In this document: positions 11,401 through 19,220 of the stretch, piece by piece
How the letters are laid out: each line of letters starts with the position of its first letter
How positions within the stretch are numbered: the first letter of the stretch is position 1
NCBI GenBank assembly: GCA_964658255.1
Contig: CAZZYO010000006.1
Location: forward strand, 407-64,406
Direction of reading: 5' to 3'
Source: Candidatus Babeliales bacterium
GTDB lineage: Bacteria; Acidobacteriota; Terriglobia; Terriglobales; Acidobacteriaceae
Length of the DNA: 64,000 bases
The notes under the pieces: generated by a model
Told to the model about the DNA's origin: nothing
Database searches by the model: none
Seen by the model: the letters and a program-made list of their open reading frames with translations, nothing else
Made by a program: the position numbers and the translations under genes

Positions 11401-12098
11401 CGCAACCGAATCTCGGTTTCCCTGCCGGCCGCAATAAGATCTGCCTGATCGACCTCAATCACCTGTTCAAGCCCGGCAGCCCACACCGTCTGCGGCTGCG
11501 CACCAACCTTGAGATCTACTGGGATCAGCTGCAGTGGGCAGAGGGCAGACCCTCGACGCCGCTTGCAGTGCAACGCCTGCAGCCTCAAACGGCTGACCTG
11601 CACTACCGCGGCTTCTCGACCATCTACCAGGCCAATGACTCTTCGCCCGAGCTGCCCGACTACGACCGGCTCTCCGGAACGGGCACGCGGTGGCGCGATC
11701 TCGAAGGGTATTACACGCGCTTTGGCGATGTGCGCGAGTTGCTTGCGGCAGCCGATGATCGTTACGTCATTATGAATGCAGGAGATGAGATGCAGCTGCG
11801 TTTTGCCGCGCCTGCCGCACCGCCGGAAGGCTGGGTGCGCGACTTTGTCCTCGCGGGCAATGGTTGGATCAAGGACGGCGACTATAACTCAACTTACTCA
11901 GCCACTGTGCTGCCGTACCCTCATCACACGCGGCGCGACTACGATGCGAGCCATGGCGTCACAGCGCCGGAAATCCTTGAGCAGGATTGGGTCTACCAGC
12001 ACCATAAGGCTGACTGGCAAACGTATCAGACGCGCTATGTGACACCTGCAGGCTTCAGGCATGCGTTGGTAAGTGGACCCGCCGAGGCAAAGCGATGA
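8499..12098 (+). CDS. TPR + FG-GAP/VCBS repeat + ASPIC/UnbV lipoprotein with long C-terminal extension (long paralog 1)
   Basis: GTG start and lipobox LAALAGC. TPR-like N-terminal third. Repeated D-x-N/D-G-D-G-x-x-D FG-GAP motifs. ASPIC/UnbV-like LHFGLG...ILWPNG. The C-terminal module starts CPFLFAWDG. Confidence 0.8.
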   Translation: MSNFANRPRLGRLFCAVRPRSSAELGRLALAGLLGTLAALAGCKHSVPEPSSKRYDAFVSAFYTGLAGLQVGDDVRAETGLAEAVALAPGEPAAWVNWGVLALRQRSYEQAADRLGHAHSLAPHNGQIDYLLGLLESERGNSAAAIPHLEDAVQAEPKNLRALYQLASEIERQGDASSDQRFEQLMQQILAAAPGNLAAELELSRIAAKRGDVEGLRRAVQQITAQASGWPPEVEQQLAQLQAAAAGDVPRSAATRSIFLRNVLMRVPSFRDSLADLRPQPGEGAQPMMRLVTMQNPPSRPAAADTALTFVSQADAGLTGAQASTWAGAIILAGDAAPVLAAADGKELRLASGATFAFPGGTAQAAALLPEQVLPIDFNYDFKTDLVLAGAAGVRFFRQETPAAFTDVSAATKLPPAVLNGSYTGAWALDIEADGDLDILLGDRSGPPILLRNNGDGTFAVMRPFAGIGGLRQLAWVDLNGDGNPDAAMIDGQGKLHVFLNKRAGLFAESPLPAGLGTVRAIAAADLGSNAGMDTLSLAAVQQDGHLVAVVAGPSASGSSSGAWSIRQLGQARGPLPTGELRLYAADFDNNGAVDLLVGPVTANANSTPSLWLQDANGSFAPLTAAMPGQSIGTVADLKGDGQLALVGLGGDGKLATATARGTRNYHWQTIRPRAKQSTGDQRINSFGIGGEIEIRAGLLVQRQPITTPQLHFGLGEQKQTDVARILWPNGSVRAEFALKANQQVVTEQRLKGSCPFLFAWDGHHMGFVKDSVPWGSAIGLRINALGAARIAATEEWYKIGRDQLVAREGVYDLRVTGELWETYYYDSMQLMAVDHPIGTEIFTDERFDVPPVKLAVTTVSAPQPVARAMDDGGQDVTATVAHLDGDYLDTFGRGQYQGITRDHFVEVDLPPAIDATLASGKPLWLIASGWLHPSDSSINVALGQGSAPKPQWLSLEVQDEAGHWRVAQPNLGFPAGRNKICLIDLNHLFKPGSPHRLRLRTNLEIYWDQLQWAEGRPSTPLAVQRLQPQTADLHYRGFSTIYQANDSSPELPDYDRLSGTGTRWRDLEGYYTRFGDVRELLAAADDRYVIMNAGDEMQLRFAAPAAPPEGWVRDFVLAGNGWIKDGDYNSTYSATVLPYPHHTRRDYDASHGVTAPEILEQDWVYQHHKADWQTYQTRYVTPAGFRHALVSGPAEAKR

Positions 12099-13894
12099 AT
12101 CGAGGAGCAGGAGCGCGCGCTGCGCTGGCCATCTTTTTCATAGCGCTGCTTTGTACGCCGATTGTGATCAGGCGAGTGGAGGCACGCCGGGCGCGCGCTG
12201 CTGGTACGCTACTCGATCCCAGGGCTGCGATTGCCCGGCACGGCTTCTTTCTGGAGGAGGACGCACACCGCGCGGGCATCGACTTTGTGCATCAGGCGCC
12301 TACGCTTGATCCCAAGCTCAACGCCATTATGCCTGAGGTTGCGTCGATGGGCGCGTCTGTGTCCGTGGTCGACTATGACCGCGACGGCTGGCCGGATCTA
12401 TACACGACGAATAGTGCCGATGGGACCAAGAACCGCCTGTACCGCAACATGCACGACGGTACCTTTCGCGATGTCGCGCCCGAGCTTGGGATCGCTGATG
12501 TGAACCAGTCTGGCACCGGCGTCTCCATGGGCGCCGTCTGGGGCGACTATGACAATGACGGTTACGAGGATTTATTTCTATTCAAGTGGGGACGACCCGA
12601 GTTATTTCATAACAACGCAGGTAAGAGCTTTACACGGGTCAGTGATCAGGCCGGCCTTCCGCCATGGATCAACGCGAACACCGCCGTCTGGTTTGATTAC
12701 GACGGCGACGGCTTGCTCGACTTGTTTGTTGGCGGCTACTATGCCGAGGATGTTGACCTGTGGCACCTGAAAACTACCCGGATGATGCCGGACAGTTTTG
12801 AATACGCGAAAAATGGCGGGCGCAAGTACCTTTTTCATAACCTGGGCAACGGCCGGTTTGAAGAGGTGAGCGCAAAAGTCGGCATCAACAGTCGCCGATG
12901 GGCGCTTGCCTCAGCGGCGGCCGACCTGCGGGGCAGCGGGCATCCTGACTTGTTTGTCGCCAATGACTACGGCGTCGCCGAGTTGTACATCAACGACGGC
13001 AAGCGCTTCCACGAGGCGGGCGCTGCAAGTGGCGTGGGCTTCTCGCCGAAGAGCGGGATGAATGTTGCAGTCGGCGACATTTTTAACCAGGGACGCTATG
13101 CCATCTACGTTTCGAATATCTCGGAAGATGGCGTGCTCATCCAGGGCAATAATTTGTGGGTCCCAAAGGATGATACCCACGGCGGCGTGCGCGGCTACGA
13201 GAACATGGCCCGCGATCTTGGAGTCGAGTTAGGCGGCTGGAGCTTCGGTGCGCAGTTTGGCGACCTGAATAATGATGGGACGCTGGATCTGTTCCTGACC
13301 AACGGTTACATTTCTCTCGACCGTAAGCGTAGTTATTGGTATGACTTTGCGAAGGTTGCCGGGGGCAACGCCAGCATCATCGAAGACGCGGATCACTGGC
13401 CTGCTGTCGACGGCAGAAGCCACTCCGGCTACCAGCAGAAGCGGGTGTGGCTGAACGATGGCGCGGGTAAGTTTGTGGATGTGGCACAAGCAGTGGGCGC
13501 CACCGACACGCATGATGGCCGCGCTGTCGCCCTGGCTGACCTGTTCAACAACGGGGCGGTCGACGTCATCGTCGCCAACCAGCGCGGACCGCTGCTGCTC
13601 TACCGAAATACGGTCAGTTCGACAAACGCCTGGATTGAGTTTGCGCTTGAGGGAACAGCAAGCAATCGCAGCGCGATCGGAGCACAGGTAACCGTCCGGT
13701 GGAATGGGCAGGAGCAAGTCCAGCAGGTCTCCGGTGGCAATGGCTTCGCGTCAGAGAATGACCGCCGGCTGCATTTTGGTCTGGCTTCCAGACCGCAGAT
13801 AGAAAGTATCGTGGTCCGTTGGCCCTCTGGTAAACTCCAGACGCTGTCGGGCTGGAAGATTGGGCAGCTCAACACTGTCAAGGAGCCGTCATGA
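12095..13894 (+). CDS. CRTAC1-family FG-GAP/ASPIC-UnbV protein (short paralog 1), N-terminal membrane anchor
   Basis: ATGA overlap with the preceding gene. Repeated DYDxDGxxDL motifs. C-terminal NRSAIGAQVTV...LHFGLA...VRWPSG. Confidence 0.8.
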   Translation: MNRGAGARAALAIFFIALLCTPIVIRRVEARRARAAGTLLDPRAAIARHGFFLEEDAHRAGIDFVHQAPTLDPKLNAIMPEVASMGASVSVVDYDRDGWPDLYTTNSADGTKNRLYRNMHDGTFRDVAPELGIADVNQSGTGVSMGAVWGDYDNDGYEDLFLFKWGRPELFHNNAGKSFTRVSDQAGLPPWINANTAVWFDYDGDGLLDLFVGGYYAEDVDLWHLKTTRMMPDSFEYAKNGGRKYLFHNLGNGRFEEVSAKVGINSRRWALASAAADLRGSGHPDLFVANDYGVAELYINDGKRFHEAGAASGVGFSPKSGMNVAVGDIFNQGRYAIYVSNISEDGVLIQGNNLWVPKDDTHGGVRGYENMARDLGVELGGWSFGAQFGDLNNDGTLDLFLTNGYISLDRKRSYWYDFAKVAGGNASIIEDADHWPAVDGRSHSGYQQKRVWLNDGAGKFVDVAQAVGATDTHDGRAVALADLFNNGAVDVIVANQRGPLLLYRNTVSSTNAWIEFALEGTASNRSAIGAQVTVRWNGQEQVQQVSGGNGFASENDRRLHFGLASRPQIESIVVRWPSGKLQTLSGWKIGQLNTVKEPS

Positions 13895-14778
13895 GCGGGC
13901 AAGGTATCTCGTATCCAGGTTTGCTTTCGAGTGAGCGGGGCATGCGCTGGCGGAAGATGTTCAGCCTGGAGAATCGCTTTGTGCCGCCCGTTTTCATCAC
14001 GCTCATCCTGCTCATCGGTCACCTTTCCTTTGGCATTCTTGAAAGCTACCAGCGCACGGCGCTGGCGATCGTAGTCAGCATCGTTACTGAGCTTACCCTT
14101 GGCAAATTCTTCATCGGCAAGTGGCCTAACATCGCCAGCTCCTACATCAGCGGCATCAGCGTTGGTATTCTGCTTCGCTCGCCCGCGTTCTGGCCGTACG
14201 CGATATGTGCCGCCATCGCGATCACATCCAAGTACGTGGTTCGCATAAAGAACCGCCATATCTTCAATCCGTCCAACTTCGCTATCTGCGTGATCCTGTT
14301 TCTCTCGGCGGAGTCAGTCACTACCCTGAGTATTCAGTGGGGCAACAATCTCTACGCCATGCTCGTTATCTGGTTGCTCGGCTCGACGATCATCTGGCGA
14401 CTGCGCCGATTCCACATCTGTGCCACGTATGTGCTCTCGTTTATCGGCTTTGCTGCATTACGCTCCTGGATGGTTGGCGATCCCTTCTTGAGTGAGATAT
14501 CGCCTGGCACAGGGCCGGAGTACCAGTTGTTTATCTTCTTCATGATTACCGACCCAAAAACAACCGTACGCTCGGAGCGCGGGCAGTGTGTCGTCGCCTT
14601 TTGCGTCGCAGCTGTTGAGATGATTCTGCGTCTGCACTCCAACATTTACGCGCCACTCTATGCGCTCTTCCTGGTGGGGCCGAGCGCGCTACTCATCGAG
14701 AACTGGTGGTTAGCGCGGAAGTCAACTCACATGGTCTCCCCAGCTCCAGACCTGGCGCTTACCGCGAGCCTGCGCTAA
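13891..14778 (+). CDS. polytopic membrane protein, RnfD/NqrB (NQR2_RnfD_RnfE)-like
   Basis: ATGA overlap with the preceding gene. Motifs HIFNPSNFA and FFMITDPKTT resemble RnfD NPFNPA and FFILTDPVT. I see no S-G-A-T type FMN-attachment site. The family call is tentative. Confidence 0.5.
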   Translation: MSGQGISYPGLLSSERGMRWRKMFSLENRFVPPVFITLILLIGHLSFGILESYQRTALAIVVSIVTELTLGKFFIGKWPNIASSYISGISVGILLRSPAFWPYAICAAIAITSKYVVRIKNRHIFNPSNFAICVILFLSAESVTTLSIQWGNNLYAMLVIWLLGSTIIWRLRRFHICATYVLSFIGFAALRSWMVGDPFLSEISPGTGPEYQLFIFFMITDPKTTVRSERGQCVVAFCVAAVEMILRLHSNIYAPLYALFLVGPSALLIENWWLARKSTHMVSPAPDLALTASLR

Positions 14779-14814
14779 TTTGTGAAAGCTTAATCTGCTT
14801 AGAAAGAACTCGTA

Positions 14815-16665
14815 TTGAATCGAACATCCTCCCTCTTTATTAGCCTTTGCTGTCTTGTTCTGCTTGCTGGATGTCAGAGGAGTACCGCCCATCCGCCTAC
14901 AGGTGCCGAGCCGGATGCAAAGTCTTCGGCGGTGTCGGACCCCGTCAGCAAACCACCTGGCGCTTCGCCACCAACTGCCACAGTGAGTGTGGCACGCCCA
15001 GCAGGGCCGCCGCACTTTGTCGATGTGACGCATGCAGCCGGCCTGCACTTTCGCCATAACAGCGGGGCGTTTGGCAAGAAGTATCTCCCAGAAACAATGG
15101 GCAGCGGCGTCTGTGCTATCGACTACGACAAGGATGGCTGGCAGGATCTGCTCTTTGTGAACTCGATGGACTGGCCCGAGCACCGGTCCTCGCACTCTAC
15201 GCCCGCCCTCTATCACAACAATCACGATGGCACCTTCACCGATGTTACAGCCGCTGCCGGGCTCAACCTCCAGGTGTATGGCATGGGGTGCGCCGTTGCT
15301 GACTACGACAACGATGGCTACGATGACTTATACATCACTGCACTCGACGGCAACCACTTACTTCATAACCAGGCGGGGCATAGGTTCGCGGACGTAACTC
15401 CAAAGGCTGGCGTCAAGGATGCGGGCTTTTCCACGGGCGCGGTTTGGTTCGACTACGATAACGATGGCCGGCTGGACCTGTACGTCGCGCACTATGTCGA
15501 TTGGTCGATTGCCACGGACCAGTCTTGCTCGCTGGACGGTAAAAGTAAGTCCTACTGCACCCCGGAGCTGTACAAAGGTCAAAGCGCAACGCTCTTTCAT
15601 AACAAGGGGAGCGGTATCTTTGAGGATGTGACCAGGAAAGCTGGCCTGAGCGATGCCAAGTCCAAAGCACTTGGGGTCGTGATGGTCGACTACGATGACG
15701 ACGGCTGGATGGACCTGCTCGTGACCAACGACACGCAACCCAACAAGCTTTACCACAACAATCACGACGGATCATTTACCGATGAAGCCTTTGCGGCTGG
15801 TGTGGCATTTAGCGAGGCAGGCAAAGCGCGCGCCGGTATGGGAGCAGACGCAGCGGACTACGATGCCTCGGGACGCGCGAGCCTGCTGATCGGCAATTTC
15901 ACGAATGAGAGTCTCGCGCTCTACCACAATGACGCAGGAGGCTTATTTACAGATCAAGCCGCTGCTAGTGGTGTAGGTCCGGCTTCAGCCAAGTCGCTTA
16001 CGTTTAGCGCCTTCTTCTTTGACTATGACCTCGACGGCCGTCCAGATATCTTTGCTCTCAACGGCCACGTAGCTGACGATATTAGTCTCGTGCAGCCTGC
16101 TTTGCACTATGCAGAGGTGCCGCTGCTCTTTCATAACCAGGGAGCAGGGCACTTTGAAGACGTATCAGACAAGGTGGGTGGAGCTTTCCGGCAGCCAGTC
16201 GTCGGCCGTGGCGCTGCTTATCTTGACTATGACAAGGATGGCGATCTCGACCTGGTCCTCACAGCGTCAAATGGACCAGCAAGGCTGCTGCGCAACGATG
16301 GCGGCAATGCCAATGACATGTTGCGCGTGACCCTGGTTGGAACGCGCGCAAACCGCGACGGCATAGGTGCCAAGGTCGTGGCGACTTTGCCCAGTGGGCA
16401 AAGAGTGATTCGGACAGTAAAGAGTGGATCAAGCTACTTATCGCAGAGCGAGCTCCCGGTTAGCTTTGGTCTTGGGCGAATGCAGTTAGGGAAGACGGTT
16501 CAGCTGGACGTCGTTTGGCCAGGCGGCCGCAAGCAGACCATCAAGGGTGTTGAGGCGAACGAGGAAGTTACAGTACAGGAGGGTAAAGGCGTCGTGGCTC
16601 ATCAGCCGATCCTCTTCTCGGGACCTCGCCTACCTGAGCTTGCCTCACACGCTCCACCGAGGTGA
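14815..16665 (+). CDS. CRTAC1-family FG-GAP/ASPIC-UnbV lipoprotein (short paralog 2)
   Basis: Lipobox LLAGC. Repeated DYDxDGxxDL motifs. NRDGIGAKVV...SFGLG...VVWPGG. Confidence 0.8.
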   Translation: MNRTSSLFISLCCLVLLAGCQRSTAHPPTGAEPDAKSSAVSDPVSKPPGASPPTATVSVARPAGPPHFVDVTHAAGLHFRHNSGAFGKKYLPETMGSGVCAIDYDKDGWQDLLFVNSMDWPEHRSSHSTPALYHNNHDGTFTDVTAAAGLNLQVYGMGCAVADYDNDGYDDLYITALDGNHLLHNQAGHRFADVTPKAGVKDAGFSTGAVWFDYDNDGRLDLYVAHYVDWSIATDQSCSLDGKSKSYCTPELYKGQSATLFHNKGSGIFEDVTRKAGLSDAKSKALGVVMVDYDDDGWMDLLVTNDTQPNKLYHNNHDGSFTDEAFAAGVAFSEAGKARAGMGADAADYDASGRASLLIGNFTNESLALYHNDAGGLFTDQAAASGVGPASAKSLTFSAFFFDYDLDGRPDIFALNGHVADDISLVQPALHYAEVPLLFHNQGAGHFEDVSDKVGGAFRQPVVGRGAAYLDYDKDGDLDLVLTASNGPARLLRNDGGNANDMLRVTLVGTRANRDGIGAKVVATLPSGQRVIRTVKSGSSYLSQSELPVSFGLGRMQLGKTVQLDVVWPGGRKQTIKGVEANEEVTVQEGKGVVAHQPILFSGPRLPELASHAPPR

Positions 16666-18214
16666 GCCCGCTGCAGTAAAAGCCACCGCGCTGCAACATC
16701 TCGCGTATCTCCTGCTTTCCTGTGCCAAGCTTGGCTGCCGAGGCCAACACGTCTTCAGCACGCACAGGGTAGGAGTGATTGGCGGGACGCTTCGCCAGTC
16801 CTGCCACGTCAAACGCTTCAACGAGTTTGTAGATGTCCTCGCACAAGCGGCGCCTCTCCTCCGGGTTCCGCGCACAAGTCATGCGTGTGAGAATTCGCTT
16901 TGACTCGGGGCCGAAAACCGGGTGGTCGTGTAAAAGAAACCCCGCGGGAACCTTCGTTGTACCTAGCCGTCGCGTCGTTTCCGAGTAAGTTGCCGCCGCG
17001 AAGTAGAGTAAAGAGACCGTGCGAAATGTGGGAAAGTCGTGCATGCAGGCATACAGCGAGCCGATGAGTCGCGCAGTTGCCAGCAGATCGTCATCGGTCT
17101 GCGTGGCATAGATCTGTAGTGCTTCTGGTGTAAGTTGTTCACGGCTATCTTGCATCAATCTACCCAGGCGCGATATACCAAGCAGGTTCAGCGCGAACCC
17201 GGTTGAGAACAAAGGGTCGACGAATCCTGCAGCAGAGGGCAGCAGCGCCCAGCCTGGTCCGGCTATCCTGCTACTGCGGAAAGCCGGCTCAGCAAGGTAC
17301 GTCATCGGGCGCAACGCTGTCGCCGTTGCGAACTGCTGGTGCACGTCAGGGAGCGAACTCAGCAATCGATGCCAAGCTCCCTCTCCTGTAGGGAGGTGCA
17401 CGCGATCTGCTGCCTCTGCTGTCAGAGCAACACCCGCACTTGTCACGTCATTGTTGAAGCGAAGCACCCACATCCAACCACCTGCGAAGATATGGTGCAG
17501 CGCCGCAGCATCCACCGGAAACGGTGCGTCTGCAAAGGTGAATCCTGATGTATTCGAGAACTCCTCTACGCCAGAGAAGTGACCATAAAGTGCGTGCGTC
17601 CTGGGATAGTTTGGGAAGGTCGACTTGTCGAGCGAAAATGCGCGATGTAGAAAGCCACCGGGGCCCGTTGCATCGAGCAGCAACTGCGCATGGAAGCGAT
17701 GCTCTTCGTTGTTGCGGCTGCCTGAGAGTGTCCAGCCCTCAAGCTCACGAACGGGCGTCGCCAGTGCAATCTCATCGATGTACTCGACGCCTAACGCAGT
17801 AGCCTGCTCGACTAACCAGCTGTCTACATCCGCACGGTACCAGTGGGTATCTGCAATCTGTTCGTGAGGGCTGGCTGCAACCAGGAGTTGCCGGTCCAAC
17901 ATAGGTGTAGCATTATGCACGGCGCCAGGCTGATGGTGAAAAAATGAGAAGCCTCGTTTCAACCCGCATGCCAGGCCAGGCTGTGCCTGCTGCCAGGTTC
18001 CCCACTTTGTAAGTGGCTTTAGCTGCGGGAGTTGATAGCGATCAGCCAGTTCCTCCAGCAGCAAGTTTGACAGGGGTGTGGTTGACTCGCCGATGACCAC
18101 CCGCGGATGCCGTCCCCGCTCCAAAAGCAAGACGGAAAGCCCCAGCCTGCGTGCAATCATCGCCATGATAGATCCAGCGAACCCGGAGCCGATGACGGCA
18201 ACGTCGTAACGCAC
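16568..18214 (-). CDS. FAD-dependent oxidoreductase, flavin-halogenase / geranylgeranyl-reductase-like
   Basis: GTG start. Dinucleotide fold YDVAVIGSGFAGS, then VIGESTTP and GGWMWVLRF motifs. Its 3' end overlaps the convergent CRTAC1 gene by 98 nt. Confidence 0.75.
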   Translation of the reverse strand: MRYDVAVIGSGFAGSIMAMIARRLGLSVLLLERGRHPRVVIGESTTPLSNLLLEELADRYQLPQLKPLTKWGTWQQAQPGLACGLKRGFSFFHHQPGAVHNATPMLDRQLLVAASPHEQIADTHWYRADVDSWLVEQATALGVEYIDEIALATPVRELEGWTLSGSRNNEEHRFHAQLLLDATGPGGFLHRAFSLDKSTFPNYPRTHALYGHFSGVEEFSNTSGFTFADAPFPVDAAALHHIFAGGWMWVLRFNNDVTSAGVALTAEAADRVHLPTGEGAWHRLLSSLPDVHQQFATATALRPMTYLAEPAFRSSRIAGPGWALLPSAAGFVDPLFSTGFALNLLGISRLGRLMQDSREQLTPEALQIYATQTDDDLLATARLIGSLYACMHDFPTFRTVSLLYFAAATYSETTRRLGTTKVPAGFLLHDHPVFGPESKRILTRMTCARNPEERRRLCEDIYKLVEAFDVAGLAKRPANHSYPVRAEDVLASAAKLGTGKQEIREMLQRGGFYCSGLTSVERVRQAQVGEVPRRGSADEPRRLYPPVL

Positions 18215-18215
18215 G

Positions 18216-19220
18216 CTAAGACTGCCCCTTGCACTGGAGACAGTAAACCGGCTCGCAGGTTGTTTGCGTCTCGTTCATCGTGCGCAGGCGCTCCAGGCGT
18301 GCCCTGCTGCATTGCATGCAGCTAGCAAAGCGCTCGAGGTCCCAGAGATCGACAAATACTCGTTGATGCGTAGAGGTTGACACTGCTTCGCGCCGAGCAT
18401 TGTGCTGCAAGCCGTAGTCAAGAGCATCTTCCAGCGAGCGAAGAGTCGGAGTAGCAAACGCTCCCGCGAGCGCAAGCTGCCCCATCGCGCCATTGTCAGC
18501 GCGAGTAGGGATCAGGGTGGTCGCGGTAGCGCCCGATCGCATGGCCAGGTCGATCGTTCGCTGCGCCCAGTGCATAGCCTCACTCGCCTCGACGAAAGGA
18601 GGATGGACGAGTGCAAATGCCCGCAGGTCGATCTCGTGGGCATGAAGCCATGCGCCCGCAGCTACAAACTGCGCAACAGTCATGCGCTTGTTCAGTTTTT
18701 CCAGAGCCACAGGGTGAACCGTCTCAAGCCCCATGGCGACCTCAAGCTGTGTGCCAAGCAGCTGCTGAAAGCGCGCGCAACGTTCACTCACGAGCGAGGG
18801 GTGCGACTCCACTATCACACGCTCGAAATGCTGCACTAATGCTGCGATTGCCTGGTCGTCCTCGCGCGGTACAGCTTGCGGGTCGAAGAAGCTTCCGCTG
18901 TTGTAAAGCTTCACCTGCCGCGCTGTTGGCAGACGAGAGAGCGCGTACTCTATCTGCCTGGGGATAGCGCCACGCGGCACGGGACCGGGCAGTGTGTGTT
19001 GCCAGAGGTCGCACATGGCGCAGCGCCACGGGCACTCGCGATTGGTAAGAAATATCGTTGCTACCGGCCCGACTTCGCCCGTGGCAAACCGCTCCTGCTC
19101 GACCAGAAAGGCGTATGGCTGGTCAGCAGAAACTGGCTGCCTCGGCCCTCGTCGGGCGACGATCCACCGATCACGGGCGAGCGGCTGGTCCGGGTACGCG
19201 GAGGTAAGTATCTCGTTCAC
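18216..19220 (-). CDS. radical SAM protein
   Basis: CX3CX2C motif at C63/C67/C70 (NRECPWRCAMCDLW). Extra C-terminal Cys pairs (CMQC...C..YCLQC). Its GTG start overlaps the upstream stop (GTGA). Confidence 0.8.
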   Translation of the reverse strand: MNEILTSAYPDQPLARDRWIVARRGPRQPVSADQPYAFLVEQERFATGEVGPVATIFLTNRECPWRCAMCDLWQHTLPGPVPRGAIPRQIEYALSRLPTARQVKLYNSGSFFDPQAVPREDDQAIAALVQHFERVIVESHPSLVSERCARFQQLLGTQLEVAMGLETVHPVALEKLNKRMTVAQFVAAGAWLHAHEIDLRAFALVHPPFVEASEAMHWAQRTIDLAMRSGATATTLIPTRADNGAMGQLALAGAFATPTLRSLEDALDYGLQHNARREAVSTSTHQRVFVDLWDLERFASCMQCSRARLERLRTMNETQTTCEPVYCLQCKGQS

